Shown here: positions 29,894 through 38,353 of the stretch, one piece after another
How the letters are laid out: every line of letters begins with the position of its first letter
How positions within the stretch are numbered: the stretch's first letter is position 1
Assembly: GCA_964441565.1 (NCBI GenBank)
Contig: CAYTWW010000004.1
Span: 35,407-99,406, forward strand
DNA: 64,000 bases
Reading direction: 5' to 3'
Origin: an uncultured Methanosarcinales archaeon
Lineage (GTDB): Archaea > Nanobdellota > Nanobdellia > Woesearchaeales > GW2011-AR15
The notes under the pieces: model-generated
Database searches by the model: none
What the model was told of the DNA's origin: nothing
The model's input: only the letters and a program-made list of their open reading frames with translations
Made by a program: the position numbers and the translations under genes

Positions 29894-30526
29894 TTGATGA
29901 TCAACTTCATATCTCAGTTCCTGGACAAGTTCTTCAACAGGCTTTTCAGACGGAAGAAGAAGGTAAAGCTGGGTCTCTATGGCCCACCCAACGGTGGCAA
30001 GACCACGCTTGCGAACAGGATCTGCCAGGACTGGCTTGGCGAAGACATGGGCTCAGTCTCAGAGGTCGCTCATGAGACTAGGGAGATCCAGATCAAGGAG
30101 CAGGTCACGATAAAGGCAAAGGGAAAAGAGCTGACTTTCAATCTCGTCGACACACCTGGTATCGCTACCAAGATAGATTATGAGGATTTCCTAAAGCACA
30201 TGGACGAGAAGGATGCCAAGAAGCGAGCCAAGGAAGCGACCAAGGGAGTCATCGATTCCATCAAGTGGCTTGACGACATGGACACAGTCATCGTCGTACT
30301 CGATTCCACGATCGATCCTTATTCCCAGGTCAACATAACGATCATCGGCAATCTCCAGGCAAGGAACATCCCTGTCGTGATCGCTGCGAACAAGGTCGAC
30401 CTGAAGAAATCAGATATCAAGAGGATCGAGGCAGCGTTCCCCCAGTACAAGGTCATCGGCATCTCAGCAAAGCACGGAGACAACATCGATGAGTTCTACG
30501 AGAAGCTCATCGACCTGGTGGCATAA
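29894..30526 (+). CDS. Small GTP-binding protein (archaeal conserved GTPase)
   Basis: G1 GLYGPPNGGKTTL, G3 DTPG, G4 NKVD, G5 SAK. Confidence 0.75.
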   Translation: MMINFISQFLDKFFNRLFRRKKKVKLGLYGPPNGGKTTLANRICQDWLGEDMGSVSEVAHETREIQIKEQVTIKAKGKELTFNLVDTPGIATKIDYEDFLKHMDEKDAKKRAKEATKGVIDSIKWLDDMDTVIVVLDSTIDPYSQVNITIIGNLQARNIPVVIAANKVDLKKSDIKRIEAAFPQYKVIGISAKHGDNIDEFYEKLIDLVA

Positions 30527-30527
30527 G

Positions 30528-30914
30528 ATGCTCACTCTCCAGTTCGTCCCATATGCAGAGATTTCTACTCTGGATTCAGAGAAGAGGATAAAGAAGCTTC
30601 TTGCGCTTGTCAAGGAGGAGAAGATAGTCCTTCTTGAAGGCAGGCTCCAGAAAGGGGAGGAAGCTGGCCTTATCCAGAAGACAATGGAAGATATCGATGA
30701 GTCATTCAAAGGCATCGAGCTTGGCGTCATCTATCCTGATGAGAAGGCCAACGGATTCTTCAGGAGGCTTCATCAGCTGATGATAAGGGCTGTCCTTGGA
30801 GCACGTGAAGGCTTCACAGTCATCGGACCTGCCAGTATAATCAAGGAGATAAAACGAGATCCGAACAAGATCCAGCTCTTCACTGTCGACAAGAAAGAGA
30901 AGAAGAAGAAGTAA
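30528..30914 (+). CDS. Conserved archaeal hypothetical protein (DUF2073-like), partner of the GTPase
   Basis: The start overlaps/abuts the GTPase stop. MLTLQFVPYAEISTLDSEKRIKKLLALVKEEKIVLLEG…. Confidence 0.5.
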   Translation: MLTLQFVPYAEISTLDSEKRIKKLLALVKEEKIVLLEGRLQKGEEAGLIQKTMEDIDESFKGIELGVIYPDEKANGFFRRLHQLMIRAVLGAREGFTVIGPASIIKEIKRDPNKIQLFTVDKKEKKKK

Positions 30915-30916
30915 TA

Positions 30917-31306
30917 ATGCCACATCAGTGCGTCAAGTGCGGACGATTGTACGATAACGAAGGTCTTGACCTGACCAAGGGCTGCGATTGCGGCGGAAAA
31001 CTATTCTTCTTTGTCAAGAAAGAGCATCTTGACGACATGAAGCGATTCGCATACAGGCTCTCCAAGAACGAGAAGAGCCAGATCGAGGAGGATGTCTATG
31101 ATATACTAGGCATCGAGCGCGAGAAGGACCAGCCAGTCATCCTCGACTTCGAATCCATACGCGTTCTCAAGCCAGGCAAGTACGAGCTCGACCTTGTCAA
31201 TCTCTTCAAGGACCGGCCGCTCATCTACAAGCTGGAGGAAGGCAAGTACATGATCGATCTCCCAGAGAGCTTCAAGAAAGAACTAGACGCTAAGAAGAAG
31301 AAATAG
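30917..31306 (+). CDS. Zn-ribbon protein (CxxC…CxC)
   Basis: MPHQCVKCGRLYDNEGLDLTKGCDCGGKLFF…. Third member of the conserved GTPase/DUF/Zn-ribbon triad. Confidence 0.6.
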   Translation: MPHQCVKCGRLYDNEGLDLTKGCDCGGKLFFFVKKEHLDDMKRFAYRLSKNEKSQIEEDVYDILGIEREKDQPVILDFESIRVLKPGKYELDLVNLFKDRPLIYKLEEGKYMIDLPESFKKELDAKKKK

Positions 31307-31468
31307 CCATTTTCTTTGGCTCCACCTTTATTTTATGGTTTAAAAGAAAGGTGGAATCTTTAGAATTATTCAAAGGAGAGCTTGCCATCAGAGAAAAAGT
31401 AGGACTTATTTTCTTCATACATGCTAAACTTCGTTACCATTAAATACACCTCCCTCCTCCTTTACTTC

Positions 31469-32233
31469 ATGCTAGTCGACGTCCACGCGCACCTTGATGA
31501 GGTTTTCTTCGGAAAAGACATAGATGATATGCTTGGACGCAGCAGGAAAGCGAGGGTAGCTGCCATAATCGCCAATGGCGTCGACAGGAATACTAACAGG
31601 CAGGTCCTCGCCCTGGCTGAGAGGCACAGCATCATAAGGCCTGCACTTGGCATCTATCCGATGGACAAGCTGAGGAAGGAGACTGGCAAGGATCCTGATT
31701 TCACAGCAGATGAAGAGCTTTCCTTCATCGCCTCGAAGGCAGGAGGACTTGCAGCGCTTGGCGAATGCGGGCTTGATTTCTCTGATTCCACTGAAGAGGA
31801 GAAGAAGGAGCAGGAGCGGATCTTCATGACCCTTATAGAGATCGCGATGAAAGAGAAAAAGCCGATCATCGTCCATTCAAGGAAAGCTGAAGAGAGATGC
31901 ATCGATCTCCTGGAGGCATCAGGCCATAAGAAGATTGTCATGCACTGCTTCTCTGGAAAAAAGGCCTTGGTCGAGAGGATCAGGAAGAACAGATGGTATT
32001 TCTCGATACCCGCAAATATCGTCCGCTCAGAGCATTTCCAGAAGATCGTTGAAGAGACGCCGATGTCCCAGCTCCTCACTGAGACCGATGCGCCATTCCT
32101 GTCGCCCTACAAGGACCAGAAGAATGAGCCTGCCTTCGTCATCGAGACCATAAGGATTATGGCTCGCATCAAGGGGATCACTGAAGAAGAGGCAGAGAAT
32201 CTTGTCTTCATGAACTATCAGCGATTGTTCTAG
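31469..32233 (+). CDS. tatD: TatD-family metal-dependent hydrolase (DNase)
   Basis: MLVDVHAHLDE… (HxH motif), …IVHSR…, …LLTETDAPFLSP…. Confidence 0.85.
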   Translation: MLVDVHAHLDEVFFGKDIDDMLGRSRKARVAAIIANGVDRNTNRQVLALAERHSIIRPALGIYPMDKLRKETGKDPDFTADEELSFIASKAGGLAALGECGLDFSDSTEEEKKEQERIFMTLIEIAMKEKKPIIVHSRKAEERCIDLLEASGHKKIVMHCFSGKKALVERIRKNRWYFSIPANIVRSEHFQKIVEETPMSQLLTETDAPFLSPYKDQKNEPAFVIETIRIMARIKGITEEEAENLVFMNYQRLF

Positions 32234-33108
32234 CGATCCTTGGGAGTGAGACGCTTGCTCTGCAATACCTTGGCTAGGAGCTCAGACATCGGAAGGGGGA
32301 CATCATTCCTCTTGAAATCTAGGCTGTGTAGATTGCCTATTATCCCTTCCAGAAGAAGCTCTGGCTTTGGGTCTAGGTCCATCATTATCGTGCTGTGGCA
32401 CGTCACACCATCAGTCCCATTGATCCCTGGCATCTCCCGCAGATCCCTTTCAGCACGTCTGTTCGGCATGCTCTTATGCATCACCATCACTGGCAGGGAT
32501 GCAGCTGCACTATTGTACTTCTCCGCAAGGACAGGTATCCCATCATAACTGTGCAGCAAAGGTTCCCCAGACAGCCCAGCGCCCTCGAATGCGAATGGGT
32601 GGGGATAGATGAGCAGGGGAAAATTTTGTCGCATCAGCTCATTCAGTGTTAACAGGTCGCCATCATCCTTCCTGAATCCTGGGATATCAGAAGAAGGTAC
32701 GATCACTTCATAATTAGGCCTTGCATAGGAGGAAGGTCCTGATGTAGCCTTACCTCCTTCTGGCTTAACAAAGATTTCATATGCAGTCAGGACGTCAAGG
32801 CTTCTTCCTCCGCCTGCAATCCTGTGTCCATACACTTCCCCTCCTAAAGTCAACTCTTCCCCCAGATTTAGATCTCTCTCTGCAAGTGCTGTCCTGAACC
32901 CCTCCATCTGGCAGAGACCTAGGAACCCAGGCCACTCGCCATGCTCATCTTCAAATCTTGCGACAGCATGCCTGTGCTGGGTGTAGAATATGCCATCGGC
33001 GCGGCCGATATTGTTGGCTGCCCAGGAAACCATTCCTCTCATATAAGCTTCCAGTCCCAGCATCGCAGATGCAGGATTATGCACATGGAGACCAAGCGAA
33101 TACCTCAT
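32230..33108 (-). CDS. Hypothetical protein, possibly a zinc-dependent amidohydrolase (AstE/AspA- or M14-like)
   Basis: Only a weak LGLHVHNPAS motif near the N-terminus. No confident family assignment. Confidence 0.25.
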   Translation of the reverse strand: MRYSLGLHVHNPASAMLGLEAYMRGMVSWAANNIGRADGIFYTQHRHAVARFEDEHGEWPGFLGLCQMEGFRTALAERDLNLGEELTLGGEVYGHRIAGGGRSLDVLTAYEIFVKPEGGKATSGPSSYARPNYEVIVPSSDIPGFRKDDGDLLTLNELMRQNFPLLIYPHPFAFEGAGLSGEPLLHSYDGIPVLAEKYNSAAASLPVMVMHKSMPNRRAERDLREMPGINGTDGVTCHSTIMMDLDPKPELLLEGIIGNLHSLDFKRNDVPLPMSELLAKVLQSKRLTPKDR

Positions 33109-33213
33109 CCCTATTGGTTCAACCTGCCTATATATAAAACTGAAGGAAACGGTCCTACCGGGCGGACTGGGCCATGAAAAGATTCAAATATAGATTATGC
33201 TCGACGCGAATAG

Positions 33214-33987
33214 ATGGATCCAATCAGGGACTACACAAAAGAGAAGGTGATCTATGTGTCTAGAGGTGACTGGGGAGAAGAGCCTTCGACGATAGTCTGG
33301 AAAGGTCTTTCTCCTGGCATGGTGCCTGTCGCGATAAAAAGGACAAAGGATAGATCAGGCTACAGGCGCGAGAGAGATGCTCTCGGAAGGCTCACAGGCT
33401 ACCCTAATATCGTCCAGATGGTAGATTCCTTTCATGAGGATCCATGGTATTACATGATTACAACATACGAAGGAGAGAAGGACCTTCCGCATTGCAAGGA
33501 TAGCTTGGGTCTTCCGGATATGCTCCAGCGGATGTCTAAGATATCATATGCCCTTGATCACACCCATAAGTGCGGGATAGTGCATGCCGATGTGAATCCG
33601 GTGAACATCCGGATCAACGGCAGCACGACCACTTTGATAGACTTCGACCTGGCTAGGGGTCTCTATATGCCCATCCTTACTATCGGTCTTGAAAAACCCC
33701 TTTACTATTGGTCAGCCAGGGACAGGAACTCCATCATCACCCTGGCAATGCCAAGACTGGATATACACTCTGTCGGAGCCACTATCGATAATTTCGCAGG
33801 TGATCTGTTGTATGGCGAATGTTGGCATGGGTTCCTTCACTCCCACAGCAAAGAACCCAGGGGAGCGGATGCAGAAAAGCTTTCAAGACTGCTTCATAGG
33901 ATCATGGAAGAGACGAAGACTGCCTCTGACCTGGCTCACCTTCTGGAGGATTCATCAGGTAATCCTGCATTCACGAGGCTATCATGA
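33214..33987 (+). CDS. Protein-kinase-like fold protein (ePK/Kdo-WaaP lipopolysaccharide kinase-like)
   Basis: Catalytic loop HKCGIVHADVNPVNIRI (HxDxxxxN) and DFDLA (DFG-equivalent). Confidence 0.6.
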   Translation: MDPIRDYTKEKVIYVSRGDWGEEPSTIVWKGLSPGMVPVAIKRTKDRSGYRRERDALGRLTGYPNIVQMVDSFHEDPWYYMITTYEGEKDLPHCKDSLGLPDMLQRMSKISYALDHTHKCGIVHADVNPVNIRINGSTTTLIDFDLARGLYMPILTIGLEKPLYYWSARDRNSIITLAMPRLDIHSVGATIDNFAGDLLYGECWHGFLHSHSKEPRGADAEKLSRLLHRIMEETKTASDLAHLLEDSSGNPAFTRLS

Positions 33988-35237
33988 ACGCATTCTATCA
34001 TCGGCCAGGAGAGGGACGGCCGATTATGGTAGTCAGCGCCAATATCGGCCTTGGTAATCCCAGGTTCCTTGATGCCCTTTGCAGGCATCTGGCACTGCAG
34101 TCGACAAGGCCTGTCACAGGAATATTCGCAGATGACTTCAATCTTATAACTTCCAGGCTTTCAGAGAAATTCCTCAGGAGTCCTCATCGGGAGAAAGCAA
34201 GGACTGGAGACGAATCCTACAACACATTGGAAGGATATCTGAGGAGCAGAGGAGAGCTCGGTGCAGCAAATATCGCGAAAGCTCGGCTTGGTACAGATGC
34301 AGTGTTTGGACCATGGGCTGCATGGGCTGCGAAGCAAAGTATGGATGTCATCGGTACACAGGAGCTTCCGCTGGCATGCCTGGCAAGCAGGATGGAGGGA
34401 AAAGACATCCATCTCGGCCTGTATATCGCAGACACTATCGAGAAGCCAGCAGTCCATAGGATAGTCCCTCACCTTGATGCCTTGTGGCTCACATCTGGCT
34501 ATGATAGCGCGTTTGGAGGATACAGGGAGTTCCTGCCCGCGTATCAGAAAGGCGACCTGCTATCGATGTTCTCCAGCCAGCCGATCACAGGCACGATCCT
34601 CCCTCCTGAGATTGCGGAAAAAAGAGGGGAGAATTACATAAAGAGATGGGCTGAGATAGATAAGGTCATCTCAGGAAAACAATCACTTGAGGTCTGCATC
34701 ATCTCCTCAGGCTCCGGGATCAATCATGGCTGTGCCTATGATATCCTGGGTTCCCTTGAAGGCTTATCCGGAGTGAACATCAACGCCATCGCGACACAGC
34801 CTGTGGATGTGCCTTTATATTCAGCGTTGGATGGTCGGCTTGTCAGGAATCCCAACTCCAGCTATGCAGACAAGCATCAATTGATAGATGCATCCTATGA
34901 GATGCTCCAGAGATGCCATCTGGCCATAATCAGCCCAGGAGAGCTGGCCTCGATCTGCGAGGCTCTCGGGATACCATTCCTGATGATGAAAGGACGTGGA
35001 TTCAATGAGCTGCACAACTCCCAGGTCTATGAAGGTTTCTGCACAGGCATCCCGCTGCCTGATGCAAGCAAGGTTGGACAACTTATAAGATGCCTGGTCA
35101 ATCCGGATGATCCTCAGATCTACAAATTCAGAGAGGAATATCAGACAGATGGATATAGGGCAAGGAATGGATCACCTGACAAGGCATACACCCTTCCTTC
35201 CCAGGGTGTGACAAAGCTGCTTGAGAGCTTCATATAA
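33984..35237 (+). CDS. Putative GT-B-fold glycosyltransferase (MurG/MGDG-synthase-like), overlapping the kinase gene by ATGA
   Basis: Two Rossmann-like halves (MVVSANIGLGNPRFLDAL… and …AIISPGELASICEALGIPFLMM…). Low-confidence family call. Confidence 0.35.
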   Translation: MNAFYHRPGEGRPIMVVSANIGLGNPRFLDALCRHLALQSTRPVTGIFADDFNLITSRLSEKFLRSPHREKARTGDESYNTLEGYLRSRGELGAANIAKARLGTDAVFGPWAAWAAKQSMDVIGTQELPLACLASRMEGKDIHLGLYIADTIEKPAVHRIVPHLDALWLTSGYDSAFGGYREFLPAYQKGDLLSMFSSQPITGTILPPEIAEKRGENYIKRWAEIDKVISGKQSLEVCIISSGSGINHGCAYDILGSLEGLSGVNINAIATQPVDVPLYSALDGRLVRNPNSSYADKHQLIDASYEMLQRCHLAIISPGELASICEALGIPFLMMKGRGFNELHNSQVYEGFCTGIPLPDASKVGQLIRCLVNPDDPQIYKFREEYQTDGYRARNGSPDKAYTLPSQGVTKLLESFI

Positions 35238-35253
35238 AAAAAAGAATTTGAGA

Positions 35254-35694
35254 TCATCCTGCTCTCTTTGCGAGAAATCCGCCTATGCCTGCTAGCGCAG
35301 CCAATGCCCCAAGTGTGCCGAACTCAGGCGCATCCGGGATCTCATCTCCGCAGAGCGTGATATGGCTGATATCCTTGTTATCAAGGTCGCTCTTGTGAGA
35401 AGTACCTGAAGATCCGCCTGCATAGGTGTAGTAGTTCTGACCTCCTTTAGCTAATGCACCGTTCGCTCCCGGGCTTGATGTCCACAACGCAGTGGTTGCA
35501 TTGCCATCGATGCTCACCTCATAGCCGGATCTGACACCTTCTTCGCTGACCATGTATGAGTTCCCTGCCCACTCCCATTTCACGATGCCGAAGTCAAATC
35601 CCCTATCGATGCACTCTGAATCAGGAGAACCGACCTTGGCCAGACCACCAGAAGCAAGCATAAAAAATATCACAACCATCAGGATTTTCTTCAT
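35254..35694 (-). CDS. Secreted PEF-CTERM sorting-signal protein
   Basis: Signal peptide MKKILMVVIFFMLASGGLA. C-terminus …DAPEFGTLGALAALAGIGGFLAKRAG* (PEF motif, hydrophobic helix, basic tail). Confidence 0.8.
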   Translation of the reverse strand: MKKILMVVIFFMLASGGLAKVGSPDSECIDRGFDFGIVKWEWAGNSYMVSEEGVRSGYEVSIDGNATTALWTSSPGANGALAKGGQNYYTYAGGSSGTSHKSDLDNKDISHITLCGDEIPDAPEFGTLGALAALAGIGGFLAKRAG

Positions 35695-35728
35695 TTGACC
35701 ACCTCTTTGAAATAAATAAAAGAAAAGA

Positions 35729-36322
35729 TCAATTCTTCTTTCTCTTGACAGAAAGATAAGCGCCAGCTCCGGCAAGCACAAGTGCTGCTCCGACTGTGCC
35801 GAACTCAGGAGCCTCGCCGTCAGGTGTTGGCTCGCTTATGCAGTATCCTCTCACTGCATCTACTTCGACAGCATCGTTCCAATCGTCGCTCTTGATCTTG
35901 ACATATCTTACTGACTGATAGGATGTGAAAGCGATAGATAGCTCGTCATCCCCCTTTCCATCTGTCGATCCGACATACTCCCATCCTGCGTTAGGCTGGT
36001 TTGATACATAGATATCCACATCAAACTCACGTGAGTTGTCCTGATAGACCTTGAAGTCGAATCCAAGCCTGTCCCAGACCTCTTCTCCTTCTCCCATATC
36101 CAGGACGATGTATGATCCTGCCTTGTTCAGATAAGCGTACCTGTTGTCATCCTCTCCGACAGCTTTCTGTGCATTTGTCACTGAACCGCTTGTCACTGCT
36201 ACTGCATTGGCATAAGCGATCTCATCATCTCCTGCCCAGTAAGCTCCCTTAGGGCAGCTGTGTGCCAGCACGCTTGTGGCGAGCAAGGCGAAGACAGCCA
36301 TTATCACGATTGATTTCTTCAT
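35729..36322 (-). CDS. Secreted PEF-CTERM sorting-signal protein
   Basis: GGAGG RBS, signal peptide MKKSIVIMAVFALLATSVLA. C-terminus …GEAPEFGTVGAALVLAGAGAYLSVKRKKN*. Confidence 0.8.
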   Translation of the reverse strand: MKKSIVIMAVFALLATSVLAHSCPKGAYWAGDDEIAYANAVAVTSGSVTNAQKAVGEDDNRYAYLNKAGSYIVLDMGEGEEVWDRLGFDFKVYQDNSREFDVDIYVSNQPNAGWEYVGSTDGKGDDELSIAFTSYQSVRYVKIKSDDWNDAVEVDAVRGYCISEPTPDGEAPEFGTVGAALVLAGAGAYLSVKRKKN

Positions 36323-36502
36323 GTTTTTTCCTCCACGGGGACGCATTGATTGTATGTTCCCCCTGATTAGGAGTTATTGAAGTGGAGCTATTATATATAC
36401 TTTTCGGAAATGTTATTACTTTGGAATAGTACCATGTTATGATGTAGTCTTGATAGAGAATCAGCATTGCCTATTTACAAATTAAGAATGAGCAAAAAAA
36501 AA

Positions 36503-36994
36503 TTAATTCTTCCTCTTCCTGGCAGCATATACGCCAGCGACTGCGAGGAAAGCACCTGCTCCGAGCACGGTGAACTCAGGGATGAATGCTGTACCAGTCT
36601 CCTGGACCTTGACATTATCTCCTTCCATGCCATTCACGACATAAGCGAATGATCCGCCCATGGCGTTTTCTGTCTCGAGCATGATGACTCCGCATCCATT
36701 CTCATTGGTAGGTGTGGTTACGACTGTAGCTTTGAAGACATTTGTATCAGTATCTACTGCATCAAAGCAATCAGCGTCGTCGTTTCCGTCAAAGCAGTAG
36801 TCAGTGATGACCAGTGGCATACCAACAATAGGTGTTGATCCTTCAACATCGTTTTTATAGATGCATGCATCTACATAGACGGTGTCATCTGATTCCATGC
36901 CAACATCATACGGATTCAGGATTATCTCTGTTCCTGCAAGAGCAGTCGACACCATGACGAGTGCCATTGCCATAAAAGCCATTGTCTTATTCAT
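36503..36994 (-). CDS. Secreted Cys-rich PEF-CTERM sorting-signal protein
   Basis: GGAGGT RBS, signal MNKTMAFMAMALVMVSTALA. C-terminus …TAFIPEFTVLGAGAFLAVAGVYAARKRKN*. Confidence 0.8.
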   Translation of the reverse strand: MNKTMAFMAMALVMVSTALAGTEIILNPYDVGMESDDTVYVDACIYKNDVEGSTPIVGMPLVITDYCFDGNDDADCFDAVDTDTNVFKATVVTTPTNENGCGVIMLETENAMGGSFAYVVNGMEGDNVKVQETGTAFIPEFTVLGAGAFLAVAGVYAARKRKN

Positions 36995-37145
36995 GTTTCT
37001 TGACCTCCAAAAGGGATTGTGATTACTGTATATTGTGATTATTACCCCCTATATTTGGTTAGATAACTCCTAAGTTATATATAAACTTTTCCGTTATTCA
37101 TTAGTTAGTGACAATATCATATGTCGTAATATTTATGCACAGTTC

Positions 37146-37736
37146 CTACCAGAATTGGAAGCTCTGCGTATAGACGACAAAGAATCCAAGTGCGAGATTC
37201 GCCACAGCATGCGCTATTATGCATGGACCGATGCTTTTCCTTTTGAAATATAGGAGATTCAGAAGAGCTCCTGTCAAGAGGCCGGCCAGCCATCTCGTAT
37301 GAGAGAAGCCGAAGAACAGAACTGTGATGATGAAGCTTGGAAGTGTAAAACCTGGCTTGACCTTCCTCCAGTCCTTATCAATTATCCATCTGAGCAGGAA
37401 TGACCTTGTGAAGAACTCCTCAACTACAGGAGCAAGGACCACACCTGTCAAGAGCTTCAGAGCGATGTCCAGGGATGTGTAATCATATATCACATCTGGT
37501 CCGGTCTTTGGATAGAAAGGATCTAGGAGAACCCAAAGCGCGAAGATCGCGATTCCCAGCGCTACTGCGAGCACATCGAACGTGATCCTGAACTTAAGAT
37601 CCCTCCTGTATATATATAGACATACAGAGACTGCAAGTATCTTGAAGATCAGGGCCACTGTCAGGTTTCCAGTCAGATAATGAGCTAGAGGGAATGAGAA
37701 CAGGTAGACTGCGAATGTCACGATGAGAGGTATCAC
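37146..37736 (-). CDS. CPBP-family (CAAX protease / Abi, PF02517-like) intramembrane metalloprotease, candidate sorting protease for neighbouring PEF-CTERM proteins
   Basis: 196 aa, about 6 TM. All three CPBP motifs are present in order: EExxxR (VVEEFFTRSFLL), FxxxH (FGFSHTRW), HxxxN (IAHAVANL). GTG start, with a TATA ATTTTATATAGG ~25 nt upstream (37756-37767). Confidence 0.75.
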   Translation of the reverse strand: MIPLIVTFAVYLFSFPLAHYLTGNLTVALIFKILAVSVCLYIYRRDLKFRITFDVLAVALGIAIFALWVLLDPFYPKTGPDVIYDYTSLDIALKLLTGVVLAPVVEEFFTRSFLLRWIIDKDWRKVKPGFTLPSFIITVLFFGFSHTRWLAGLLTGALLNLLYFKRKSIGPCIIAHAVANLALGFFVVYTQSFQFW

Positions 37737-37797
37737 AACTATATGTTAGGAAATCCTATATAAAATGGTTTCTGTCGACAGTCTATTTGGCAGCTAA

Positions 37798-37819
37798 TTC
37801 ACTATCTAGCAATAGTGAA
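37798..37819. promoter_or_regulatory. Perfect inverted repeat TTCACTAT-CTAGCA-ATAGTGAA in the divergent CPBP / PEF-CTERM intergenic region
   Basis: 8-bp arms with a 6-bp spacer, between the two divergent TATA boxes (37756-37767 and 37838-37848). Candidate operator. Confidence 0.4.
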
Positions 37820-37876
37820 AAACATAGATTTAAATATAGCGGATGTTTTTGCCATCTTCATCAAGGGGGTAGACCT

Positions 37877-38353
37877 ATGAAAAGAACAATAATCCTGTTC
37901 ATGCTCATGATTGCTTCCGTAATGGCGGAAAGCATCCAGCCTATGGCATGCGATCCATTCGCCCCATCGGCAGAATTCGAAGAGGGAGCAGACATCTGCT
38001 TCTACGGCACAGGCTTTGATGAGCCAGTCGACCTTGCTCTGAGGGACAAGGCCACAGAAGAGGAGGTAGGGACCATAATCGATGCTGATGTCGACAATGG
38101 TGTCCTGAGCACTGTCTTCTCAGGCAGGTTCTTCGAGAATGTGAAGGCTGGCATCTACAGGCTCTTCATCAATCTCAGAGACAGAGACCTTGAGTACTCT
38201 GAAGACATCGTAGTGAGAGGCCAGATGGCTGATGACGATGACGATGATGACGATGATCCGACTGATCCTTCAGTCCCTGAATTCGGGACGATAGCTGCGG
38301 GCCTTGGCCTTATTGGCGCTGGAGCATATGCTGCAAGGAGGCGAAGGATATGA
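37877..38353 (+). CDS. Secreted PEF-CTERM protein with poly-Asp (D9) acidic tract
   Basis: GGGGGT RBS, signal MKRTIILFMLMIASVMA. …GQMADDDDDDDDDPTDPSVPEFGTIAAGLGLIGAGAYAARRRRI*. Confidence 0.8.
   Translation: MKRTIILFMLMIASVMAESIQPMACDPFAPSAEFEEGADICFYGTGFDEPVDLALRDKATEEEVGTIIDADVDNGVLSTVFSGRFFENVKAGIYRLFINLRDRDLEYSEDIVVRGQMADDDDDDDDDPTDPSVPEFGTIAAGLGLIGAGAYAARRRRI

Noticed and set aside
32230-33108. Calling this gene a succinylglutamate desuccinylase/aspartoacylase
   Set aside because: Only a weak HVH motif supports it and no second metal-binding motif was recognised. It is kept as hypothetical with low confidence.
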